From Botryllus schlosseri (Eukaryota): a stretch of DNA of 64,000 nt. Under the pieces are notes generated by a model that saw nothing but the letters and a program-made list of their open reading frames with translations, did no database searches and was not told the DNA's origin. The stretch covers positions 15,438,001 to 15,502,000 of the forward strand of contig CM119376.1 in NCBI GenBank assembly GCA_051294905.1. Reading direction: 5' to 3'. The position numbers and the translations under genes were made by a program. Shown one piece after another: positions 1 to 11,400 of the stretch (within the stretch, counting starts at the first letter, position 1; each line of letters begins with the position of its first letter).

Positions 1-401
1 TGGCTGGGAACTATAAACTGAGGTTATGCAATTACTTACGTAGTTTAGCAGTTCTACGTCAATGTGAGCGATACAGCGCCTTCTTGCATGTCTATTTACT
101 TCTATATTACTTCATCCGTTCAAAATCAATGACAAGTCAATCTGTATTTCATACAGCTAGCAAAATGCAATGACGTAATCATACCTCATACTTCGAAAAG
201 GCAACTTGACTTGAATTGTGACTTGACTCGTGACTTGACTTGACTTGACTTGACTCGACTTGACTCGAGTCACCTTAAAAAATCGAGTGACTTGACTTGA
301 CTCGAGTCACCTTCAAAAATTGATTGACTTGACTAGAGTCAAAATGTGCAATGACTCGAAATGACTCGTGACTCGAAGGTAGTGACTTGATCCCAACACT
401 G
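1..401 (-). mobile_element. GACTCGAGTC-rich hAT-like MITE (family E), cut by window start
   Basis: Arrays of GACTTGACTCGAGTC; ends ...GATCCCAACACTG at 401. 1-380 is the reverse complement of ~50215-50600. Confidence 0.8.
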
Positions 402-664
402 GCCTTGGCCTAGGCGAAGTGAAGAGGCATGCACATTGCACATTACACAGAAAATGAAAAGTTAAAAGGAAGTGACAAAATGATGTGACACGTGGCGGAA
501 GGCGAGACCGAAGTTAGCTCGTGGTCCGGTAATCCTGAAGGCTGACTATTAATTTAGAAGAAATTGCTTTCGATTTTAATGCGACCGATGCGGACATGCT
601 CGACGACTGTCGGATAGCCGGCGAGATACTGTTCCACAATTGGGGTCCAGCATAGCCTACTTAA

Positions 665-960
665 TACGTCAAATACATTTTTGAATCATCCTCATTGAGT
701 ACCACACTGTTCGCTGATGATACTCGATCACCTCTTCTCTTATACTCGTCATCATCTACGGCAGAGTCGGGTGACGTGATGAAAGATCAAATGTCTAAAG
801 CGCATGAGCGGACGGCCCACATCTTTGCGTCTACGCCGCGAAATTCCAATTATTGGCCATAAACTAAAAAAAAAACTAAACATCAACATCGCTGGTCAAC
901 CTGTCTCCAACTCGGAAAATGCGAAATACCTCGTGGTTTTACTTAAGGTTACTCAATGAT
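665..960 (+). mobile_element. Decayed non-LTR (LINE) reverse transcriptase fragment
   Basis: Manual translation gives TTLFADDT (707-724) and, after a frameshift, LNINIAGQPVSNSENAKYLVVLL (~876-944). These resemble the LINE RT FADD and KYLG motifs at the usual ~210-nt spacing. Confidence 0.5.
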
Positions 961-1811
961 ATAGGCTTATATTGTTGCTGGGGTTACAATATTTTGGACT
1001 CGAGAATGGAAGACATAGAGTGCATTTTTACCTGATCAGAAAAGTTAGTTTACCGAAAATGAAAACAGTTGATTAACAAAATTCCTGGTAGAAGTAGCCT
1101 GGTAAACAAGATGTCCGAGAACTAAGTAGTAGTTCAACAAGCGGGAATGGGGCGCTGTGATCATCGGCAAACATGTGTCCGCGAGTTGTTCGTTTATTCA
1201 CAATTTATTATATTCACAATTCTGATCCCCAATATCATTGTGATTGAATTGCAGATCTTAAGCTCCAACTACCTCAAAACTTTATAATACAATATGATTA
1301 CCTTTCCAATTTTTATTCCTTAATTCAGTGGTTCTCAACCTTTTTGACCTCGCGGCACCCTTTGAAAATGAAAAATGGTTCACGGCACACTTGGTTCTCA
1401 ATTTTTTTGGCGTACGGCACCTTAGAACAGTGGTTCTCAACCTTTTTTACCCGCGGACTCATCTCAAGCTCGCCAGTATACCCGCGGACTCAAGCTATAT
1501 ATTACTGATTTTTTTTTTCCAAGGGAGTGTAATACGGTATCAACAAAAAAATGAGCTAAAATTGAGTCAAGGAAGCTTTCTTAAATCTGTCTTTCCACAT
1601 CTGTCGGCTTTGCAATTCAAGCAACTATTCAGTAATGCAGACCACATCTCGATTTCCACTTATATTAGACAACTGTAGATTGTTTCTGTGATTAGCACAT
1701 GTCCCTACGATTTGTAATTTCCCAAATAGTCTGTAAGTGAACAAGTCGCCATAATCAATCACCAGCACTCAGCGTATATCGCACCGGAAACCTGTGCAAT
1801 GTGCCTACGTG

Positions 1812-2230
1812 CAGGACCGTAACAGCACTTCGTCAGCCCCCTCTCAATAACAAAACGTTGGTCTTGGGCCACACAGGCCTTAAACCTAACTTCTGGTGGG
1901 CTTCACCCCCAGACCCCCCTTCCGATACGTTTTTACCGCTACTTCTCGGCGAAATTTTTGTACCGTTCGTTCAGTCGTTTTGTTTCGAATAAACCGTGCG
2001 AGGCGTGAAAATATTTCATAATCATGATTGAATCGGTCGACATGATCGGGGATTGCATCTAGTTGTAAATTTTTTATGCTATCTCTGCTCATGCATTCAG
2101 ATTTATCGGTCGAGCTGAGCGAGACGTTTCGGAACATGATATAATGATATAATTTTTCTAAAAAGTTGCATAAATTTTCAAAAAACACTCTATAATTTAT
2201 GTTAATTCACGAATAATTTTGGCCCCCCTT
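1812..2230 (+). mobile_element. Fragment of CAGG(A/G)CCGTAACAGCAC MITE family (family C)
   Basis: Same terminus and internal ATTGAATCGGTC..ATGATCGGG motif as at 42807, 54283 and (reverse) 27610-27940. Confidence 0.7.
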
Positions 2231-2329
2231 CGAGGTCCCCCCCTTTAATTATGGGGGTTTGGTGTACGGCAGTTACGGTCCCGCATACGCGTGTAGCGTA
2301 TAAAGAGCTGTCCCAGGGGTTTATACCTG

Positions 2330-2640
2330 GCATATTCTGTATGTGAATTGTTAATAGCGGCATTAAATTCCGAGTCCGGTCGTACTAAATTCAAGTGAAT
2401 CCGACCAAAATTGTAGAGTTTATGACCGTGATAAAATTGCTTATGACAATTTTAGCAATAGGCTATACCTCGAACATAAATGTAGGGCATTTTGAAAAAT
2501 TCCAGTTGGCGATAATTGGGGTTTTATACCTGGCGTGATTGGTATCAAACCAGGATGATGCGACAGATGTGCAAAGCATACCCGTTTTGCCTGTGATACT
2601 TGCAACCAACTGGTTTGCCCAAGACACAGAAAATATCAGG
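2330..2640 (+). mobile_element. Possible decayed piggyBac-like transposase C-terminus (Cys-rich domain)
   Basis: Frame from 2559 reads CDRCAKHTRFACDTCNQLVCPRHRKY (CxxC..CxxC...CxxH), preceded by an in-frame stop; upstream frames are broken. Confidence 0.4.
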
Positions 2641-3308
2641 AGAACCAATAATGCTTGGAATGCTGATCAATTTGTAGTGGTGCTGTTTCGTTGTTCTTGC
2701 GTTTGAAATATACGTGGCCAAACATCGCTTGTTGAGGTATCTCTAATATTGCTTCCAAAACTACATTCACTGCAGTATAATTTATTAACTTGCAGGAATT
2801 TCGTATGCACCTTATCAACAAGAGGTAACGGCACAATAAGAAGCATATAGAAAGAGATTCAAACAAAATCCAAATTGGCGAAATATGACGTAACAATGCA
2901 ATGATAAAAAGGAACGGTAGCTGGCCAAAGTCAGCTGTACCGGTACTCCGGTAGTCATAATAAAGGGATAATAGAGAATCAAATTATACGATACTCAGAA
3001 GACGTTACACAGACAATTAGGGGAATATATTAATGGAATATTGAAAGATTGTATACAAACTCTTTATCCTTTTTATGGTGCCGTTAATTCTTGATAAGGG
3101 AAACCCGAAAAGTCACCGAGGTAATAAATTCTACTGCAATGAATGTAGTTCTGAAAGCACTATTGAAGTTGAGTGCCGCCAGTCACATATTTGAGGTATC
3201 TATGCATTTTCTATGACAGCTATTAAGGTTACTAACATTTCAAAATGGGTATTTTGCAAATCACTCAGCCTAATTCTCAAATCGGAATTGGACGAAACCG
3301 GACCAGGA

Positions 3309-3390
3309 CGGGGCTCATTCACTTTCGGACCAAAAAGCTATTTTCTACGTAAGGCTGCAATGACTTTGGTCCGAAAGTGAACGAGCCCCG
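3309..3390. mobile_element. 82-bp MITE with long TIRs (probably Tc1/mariner, TA target)
   Basis: CGGGGCTCATTCACTTTCGGACCAAA ... TTTGGTCCGAAAGTGAACGAGCCCCG; right flank TA, left flank GA. Confidence 0.7.
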
Positions 3391-4529
3391 TAGGTCTGTC
3401 AATTACATGTTCCGAAATCGTATCGGAAGTGGAAAAAAAAGTGTGCCGAGCCGATTAAGTTACTGAAAATTCCTGTGTTCGCGGACTCACCAAGGACCTT
3501 CCGCGGACTCAAATGAGTCCGCGGACTCGGGGTTGGGAAACACTGCCTTAGAACTCCCAGAATACTTAGCAGCACCCACAGTCGTACAGACGGGGTCTCT
3601 GACGAAGTACTTCTACCTTTTCGGAGGACTCAACTAGGATTTGTCTCTGCAGACATGTCACAAATACGTCTACGAATGGTATCATTTGACACGGGAATTC
3701 TTCCGCAGCTTTCATCCCAAAGATTATGTTAGAATTCCAGTGCAAGCCGAAAAATAACCTTGTCCGCTTCCGTGTGAGGATTTGAATTTGTAGCTATTAC
3801 CTACCTATATGCGCCCACATAACTAGCCTGCTGCGATCTCGTTGAAACTTTGGACTGCGCTTATATACCATATTTCATAAGATTTGTTTGACAATAAACT
3901 CTGCCCACTACCGCATTGTCGATGTAATTAACCATCGCATCAAACAGGCCAAGCACGATCGCCACGAACGAATATGGAGGCCTAGAGGCGTATACAAGGA
4001 TATTATAACAGGGAAATTTGCTAACTAATGTATTTAGATCAACTTTACTTCTCAATTCTCAAATTCGTCGCCGGTAACATCGTTGCGCTCGGAGCCTCCA
4101 TTTTAATGGTAGTGCCGACACGCTGCCTGACAATCGCAATGTGGATGTCTACTGTTTGTCATTCGAATTTGTAAACGTGCATATCACCTCCCAAGAAATT
4201 CATTTCTCGGTGGTGATTAGGAAGACAAAGAGTATTTGAAAACTGCATTGTCATACAGGCGCCACCATGCCTGCGCAATGCTCTATTTGAAAACTGCATT
4301 GTCATACAGGAGACGCCATGCCTGCTCTCTGTGTTCAATTATAGAGTCATACTCTATAGTTCAATCAACGAGGGTTGGTTCCATTTGTTTGAAATAAGGT
4401 CAGATTTGTTTGAAATGAGGTCAGTCCCATGTTTGAAATGAGGATAGTCATGTTGGAAATAAAGATAGTCGCTAGATTCACTATAAGGTCAGTTGCAGTA
4501 CCAGGCACGATTTCCCAGTGGTAACCAGT

Positions 4530-4789
4530 CCGAACACATCCCAGACATGATGTCCGAACACGCCCCAGACACGATGTTCAGGTATCAACACAGACCAAAC
4601 ACGCCCCAGACATGATGTCCGAACTCGCCGCAGACACGATGTCCGAGTGCCAACACAGGCCGAACACGCCCCAGATATAATGTCTGAATGGCAGCACATG
4701 CCGAACACATCCCAGACATGATGTCGGAACACGCCCCAGACACGATGTCCGATTGGCAACACAGTCCCAACACCCCCCAGGCACGATGT
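4530..4789. repeat. Minisatellite: 24-bp units (CCGAACACGCCCCAGACAYGATGT) interleaved with 17-bp units, roughly 65-bp higher order
   Basis: Eight 24-mers and four related 17-mers read directly from the sequence. Confidence 0.9.
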
Positions 4790-5435
4790 TAATAAGGTAA
4801 GTCATGTTTGGAATAAGGTGAGTTGTATATAGATTACACAAAACAGCATCAATCACCTCTCCGCAGCCCTGACTACCTGATAAACCATCGCCAATTCTGT
4901 TGATATGAGTAACATAATACTAATAAACCAACCGGCTGAAAGAGAAACGACAAAGAAAGACGCGAAAACGTATTGCAAAATCTAGTTGATGTGTATATTG
5001 AGTCAAAACTAAATGACTAGAAATCACAAAAATAGAGCACAATGGCAAGAGACAAAAATAGAATAATGAACTAGAATTATAACTTGATACAAACATTTCC
5101 AGAGAGGCAACCAGATCGAAGTACGCATCGAATTATATGAAGAAACACAGACCGCGAGTTAACAAGCAACAAATAAGTTTAAAGCATCTTACAAATCACA
5201 CAAGCCCGTCACTGAATGCAGCACCTTGGAAGACGATGAAATAATTAGCACATTAGATTGAATGAGGAAGAACATGACATGATAGATCCCAGTAAAACAA
5301 GGCAGAGGGTGACATGATGTCAAACAGACAAAAACCAGTTTGCAGGCATACAAGTACAGAAAACACAAGCGTGATGGTGATGTCAAACAATTAGTCATCT
5401 AAAACTAAGAAAAAAGGCTAAGTGCTTACAGCATT

Positions 5436-8400
5436 TCAGCCAGAGCCGTGCTGGCCGCTAGCCGGAGAATCTCGTTGTTCACACCGGCTTTGCGACATTT
5501 CGAGCGACTTCACTTTGCTCTCCAACTCGGCCAACTTCCTGTCCATCTCGTTCTGCTGTTTTCGAGTAATCTCTCGCAACCTACGCTCGTACCAATCCTC
5601 CATAGAACAGGCAACGTTTTCGAAAATCTCCTGCGTAACGCGACCATGCACGACTGCGTTGTCATGACTAATCTCTTGATAGACAAGCTTCCGCTTACTG
5701 CCCATATTGCAACGCCATCCTGGCGCGTTGTTAATATGATTGGAATGATCCGGGCTGGGTTCGTGAGAACGCTGACCCGCGTTATCGGTACTTTCTCCAT
5801 ATGATTTCGGACGCAGGCTGCTGTACGCAGAGTCAGAGAAGTTATCTGCTAGTTTCTTACGCTCGGCACAAGTAATTGGTAAATTCGCCACTTCCGGCAA
5901 ATGATAATTTTCTGTCGCTACACAACCGGCTTTGCATCGCTCACCATCTTGCATTGACCGCGAAGTCGAATTAGTGTTCTTATGATTAGCCTCGGCATTC
6001 GTCGGGCTAGCGAGCAGTTTCAAGCGCTCAGTTTTGTCCTGTTCAAGTCGGTCAGATCCGGTATTTTGGCAAGACAGAATGGCCCGTTCCGCCATCGCTC
6101 TTCTGTCGATGCGATGCAGGCAACGTGTTCGCTCGGCGTGGATTCTCTCTTTGGTGACAAGGTCCAGTTTTGTTACTCGGAAGCTCGTGTTGTGCTCCAG
6201 TTCGTCCAAACGCTTCTCGAGCATGCAATTGGTCTGAATGCATACATGTACCGTGTTCGAAGAACTGGCCGAAACGGGAGAAAGCTTGTGAAAGAGCAGA
6301 GGCGGTCTGTTACGGAGTGCTTCTGATTTTTCGCACTTAATAAGGACTTGCCCACTTCCACTTCATCTTAACATTGTTTAAGGGATAGGGTTATAGGCAG
6401 GGTTTCCATGCCGTCCTTATTTCAAGATTTGTCTTTTTGTCAAGTTTCCATCACTGAGGTGCCGTGACCAGGACTAGACAAAAGTGAGGTGCCGACATTT
6501 CTTAAGTCGTCAGTAGGGCGATTTTTTTTGACATGTCTAAATAAGTCAAAATTGTAGCGTTAGGTGTCAAAATTGTCAAAATTGTTACAAAGTCAAACTT
6601 TTTTGCGACCTGACTTTCGTTTGTATCGTAGGTAGATGGCTGCACTGTCGGTGATCTCATCATTTGGCATTTTACAGCTTGTAGCCTACTTTACAGGCCT
6701 ACCGCTGTAGACGGCTCATTGTGATCATAAACGGTCAAATTAAACAATTAGGTTGACATGGTGTTATGCTCAACGTACCACATTATCCTAACTGAAGCAA
6801 TACTGCGTGGGGATTGGTTCTCATATCAAGAAGCGCATGATGAAAAATTGTGATGTAGACAACATTGTCAGAATGTAGCACTGTTGCCAGCCAACAACTG
6901 CTGCAGTTGAACTTTCTTTCCTTATTCTTGGCAGACTACTTAGTAAAGAAAGACACTTTCTACCCGAGAATGTAGGAAATTATATTCCGTAGTACTACCA
7001 TACTGCGTGATGTAACTACTGGAATTCTTCATATGTTCAGATTTCGTTAAAATAAAGTTTTTTCAGGGCAAACTACTTCGTAAGAACAGACAGTTTCCAA
7101 CCAGAAATGAATAGAAGTAGTACAATTCTAACATTATGTGTGTAAATATCTAATTTACATACATGAGGTCAAAATTTTGTCAAAATCAAGTTTTTTAAGG
7201 TCAAAAAATTTCAAAATCTTCCGTTTTTAGGTAAAAAAATCGCCCTAGTCATCAGTTGACAAATTTCACAGTCAAACAAGCTGGAGTTTTTGGCTGTACT
7301 TTTTGATCCATCTCGACGACAACCCTGGTTTTGGGGTTAACTGCAAAAAGTCGCTGAACCGCTTCGATCAAATAACTTTCTGAAACTACTTCTAGAGTAC
7401 TTTTCATACCTTCATTGTCTACTTTCTACCTCTACTCAAAGATGGTTTGGCATGCCTTGGAAAGGCTAATTCTATATGAAATCAAGTAGAAATTTATGAC
7501 GTTACTTCTACTTCTACTGGAGTACCAACATTGACTAATTTGACCACCCTCGTCAAAAAGAGAGAGTCCTACGGATTCATCAGTCCGCAGGGGTCGTCAC
7601 ATCACGAATTTTCGGCTCAGAGTTTGAAAGGCTCACAATTACCTTTCTCATTTCCTGAAGCAATTCGCCCTTGGAATCGGCAACTGCATTCGCCAAAGTA
7701 GACACAACTTCGGACGTCGGATTCGGCAACTGGTCCACCACCGGTTTTTGCTGCACATTTCCTTGACAATCTCTACAAGGAGACATGACAGTGATAGGTT
7801 ACAGATATGTTGCACTACAAAAACTAAAATTGTGCCGTGACCTTAGCATTGGCGTCACATCTTGGCACAGCATCTTTGCATACGGTATATGATACTTATG
7901 ATGTTCAGAGATAGGCACATATTAGGTCAAAATGATCCGAATTGCGACTCTATTCGGTGTAGAAGACCATAAAATTTTGTATCAATTACTAGTAGAAAAA
8001 GAGATATCCCAGGTATGCAAAACTACTTTAAGTAGTTTCAAAAGTACTTGAGTAAGACTTTCAGTAGAGGTGGCTACTCCTGAAATTGAATTCAGTTGAA
8101 TAACAAGTTTTCACTTGTACGGGGTCTATTTCGCTCAGTTGTCGTGACAATTTCACTCTTAAAAGTGTTGATAACTTCTCCAAAAACCACACTCTACTTT
8201 TGAAAAACCAAAGTGTGAATAATTCAAGTATTTTTGCATCAAAAGTAGTCTAAAAGCATATCTACTTGAGTAAGTAACGCAAGTAGGTTAAGAATACTCG
8301 AGTAATCCAAAAAAATGATGAGCAATTCATTGCTAACCATCTCTGGCTAGGCAAGTAGAATTGTTTTTGCAGCTGAACAGATTTCTAGGCCCAATATTCT

Positions 8401-11400
8401 CTATTTTAACAGGTCGAGAGTACACCCCAGGTGTAGGATTGCGTCTATTCATGAATGAAATCGTAGAAATCCGCAGGAAGGCACAATCTCGGAAAACATG
8501 TTCCAAATCAAACACTTTTCCTGCGCTTGAAAAGTGATGGCAACAAATCATTGGGGAATCATCATCTCAGACCAACGTTTTTATCCACTTTCATGATATT
8601 TTTTTTACAGGACAATCAGTCATTAATTTTATTTGCAGTCTTCACCCGTCCCCGGGAGAGATTACGTCTTCTTTTAGCCAGTAGCATCGGTGACTAGTAT
8701 GATCACTAGGGTTGTCCAAAATTTGGAAAAACTTACAAATCTACAATAATGATAGATCCTTTCTGAAACTAGGAATCTGTCGCCACTCGCATAAGCGTCT
8801 ATGCCTTCCCTCGTTGAAAACAAGGCATATAGGCTACGGCGGTTTCCTTCACAATAAAGCAGTCATGCTTTGGACGTTTTTGTGAAGCAGCTGTTGTTTG
8901 TACATCATGTATTTCGTACCTCAACATACCCTGAATCAATCCTAAATCAATATCTGCCAACCTACATACAATGCGCTTTCAGAATCGCCGCCGGTAGCAG
9001 ACTCCTTGATCACCTCATCATCAAGCTGCTGCAGTCGTGGTCATTGAAGCATAGCCAATAAGCCAATCAAGAGCCGTGGTTTCGTGATTACTAGTCTTCT
9101 CGCCGTTCTATGGTCGGTGGCACGCCCATTCTTTGGCAGCTACTTTCAAACGCTTTGCACGAAATGTTAACGGCCTTCCTGTGAGTTTCTTTTAGGCCCA
9201 GTGTCGTTTTTTATCAATAATCTATAGAATAAGACATTACAACGGAGGATTTGTACGATTTTCCAAATTTTGGACAACCCTAATGATCACCTCTGATCTA
9301 GCAGGCCAGTTATACATAACATAGCCCATGAGATATGCGAAAATTTCATCAACCCATAAAATTAGCACAAAGCACAAATTGGCATATATTGAGAAACACG
9401 CTTCACAAAACCTCAGTTTGAAGTAGCAGCCCCCACTCAACTCATGAATCATATACCATGTCGGCACTGACAAATAAAAAGAAGTTCCTTTACCTGTATA
9501 GCGAATAAAGCTGCGGCACTACAAAAGGGTTCACAGTGAGGGATCGTTGCTGCGCTTCTAAAATATCTCCACTTTGCGCTTTTGAAATTGGGTGGCGGTG
9601 ATCGTGCATCCGCAATTTTTTCTGCATCAAATATTGCTTTCTTGGCAAAGTGGCAGATTTCGGTCTGGAAACAAAGCATTCATTCATTCAACGAATTCCC
9701 GCCGACTCGACGCAACAAAGCCTGGTGATGCGGGAGAGTGTGGTGGAGACAGACAGACAGTCAATTGAGTGCTGCCTCAGTTTGCATGAGGCAGTGAACC
9801 CAGAGACGGTCAGTAACGAAGTACGTCGCAAGTGGCTTTTTCCTAATTTAACTACTTGATAGATTGCTTCCAGTTCCAGGAACAGCTATTGACTTGCACT
9901 TATGATTTTGTAAATAAGTAGTTTTGAGATATGGCTGCATTACTTTAATGAGTGTAATTGTAATTGTCATAAGTTGAAGTTGCAGTAACAAGTTGCATTC
10001 ATAATTTTTTAAATTTATTAGGGCATGAGATACTCGAAAGGTTCGGAACAAGATACCCGAAAGCCAAACAGCAAAGCGATAACCCACAAAACAAGACACA
10101 TACCACACCCCAAACCCCCCACATGTCTGAAAACTTGACCCAAGGCACTGCACCAAAACTCAGTGTTGGCGACTTTAACAAAATCAATAGCCTGAAAAGG
10201 TGACCCGGTGATAATATAATTGTTGGCGGTCTCGCTTGGGCGTCAGTAAAATGGGGAAAGACCTCAAATATATATGACAAAGGATCAATCAAGCGATCTC
10301 TTTTCACATAATTCCGACTGCTGCCGTGCTTGGCTGGGAATGTTGAGCTTCTAGCTTGCATGCCATTGCATCATAGATGCAGCTAATCAATTACACAGCT
10401 CTTAAGCCAATCAAATAGAGAACCATACTAGCAATAGTTTTATCGCGTGTTTCAAATCACTCCTTTACATTTTGCGCAATACCTGACAAAAGTTGTAGTC
10501 AAAAGTAGCATGGAAAAATAGAGAAGTTGCAATATAAAATTCCTTCAAACAGCTTAAAACATCATACTACATATATTCTGAGTATTTGGGAAGCTCCCGG
10601 AAGCTGTAAAAAAAGTTGCGAAAACTTGACCAGGCAGTCATTAGTGTTTTTGCGGTAGTAAGTCGCCGCCACCAATTAACTGTTAATACTATGGAACAAC
10701 TTGATCAAATTCACGTTCTGAAACTACTTATTAGAGTACTTTTCATTTTATATTTTCCCATGAACTAGATTTGGCATGAATTTAAAATGGCTACTTGTGC
10801 TTGTAATAGAGTATAAATTTATGAAGATACTTCTGCTTTGAGTATTAACGCTGACTACTTTGACCAGACCTGAGCAAAATACACTGGAATGGAGTGCCAA
10901 AAATGGGCACATATCTGAAAACACGTGAATTGGTACAAGGAAACAAATGTACCAGGCATGACTAGGTACTAGCTAGACGACATCAATCTGCCATAGACAG
11001 ATTCCTCTCAACAATATCCGACAACACGTACTAATACCATCGAGTAGCGGCTGACTGCAGGTAGTTTGAACTTGGACAGGCTCGACAACTTAGACAAGAG
11101 TCGGTTCTAATATAACTGGAGATTACTATCAACCAACTTACCTTTCCCGTTGATCAACCAAATCGGCTTGCACATGTTTCTTGACAACCGGCTAAAAAGG
11201 ACAAACTTATCGGATAAGAAATGAAGCAAATAAACAGTGAAACGGTATTTTAGCTAAAAGTTGCGAATCTGTTAATCCAACGACCGACTAGTCAATCATT
11301 ACCTTCTCCCTCTAGCAGGGTATACCGCCAGGCACAAAGTACCGGTACTCTAAACATCGACAGTCGCACCTCATAAAGCACCGCTTAGTTCTATATTAGT

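Larger units (their letters stand above)
1428..3545. mobile_element. hAT non-autonomous element nested in family A copy 1
   Basis: TIRs CAGTGGTTCTCAACC / GGTTGGGAAACACTG; perfect 8-bp TSD CCTTAGAA (1420-1427, 3546-3553). Confidence 0.9.
1326..4370 (-). mobile_element. Internally deleted Charlie/Buster-type hAT element (family A, copy 1), right end lost, with nested insertion
   Basis: Starts CAGTGGTTCTCAACC and is colinear with 55802-57021. Minus-strand transposase remnant QASY...IATNSNPHT...IPVSNDTIRRRICDMS (~3650-3840). Confidence 0.8.

Noticed and set aside
4530-4789. CRISPR-like repeat/spacer alternation
   Set aside because: Repeats are often directly adjacent, the 17-bp 'spacers' are homologous to each other, there are no cas genes, and the context is eukaryotic.
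5422-6326. Plus-strand ORFs of 67-118 aa
   Set aside because: Antisense shadows of the ANKRD6 last exon.
6234-6361. In-frame upstream extension of the ANKRD6 last exon
   Set aside because: The CAG acceptor at 6234 gives a phase-0 join that aligns with the ANKRD6 coiled coil without gaps, so the extension is treated as intron.
8333-8551. 72-aa minus ORF as a possible ANKRD6 exon
   Set aside because: No homology and no good splice sites; the 10870-7772 join already rebuilds the conserved motif.
8760-9200. Coding-looking stretch in an ANKRD6 intron
   Set aside because: Lies inside the TIR/TSD-bounded MITE 8707-9282 and all frames are interrupted.
9999-10361. 120-aa ORF as a transposase
   Set aside because: The frame is not preserved in the second copy (~51300-51600) and there are no catalytic motifs.
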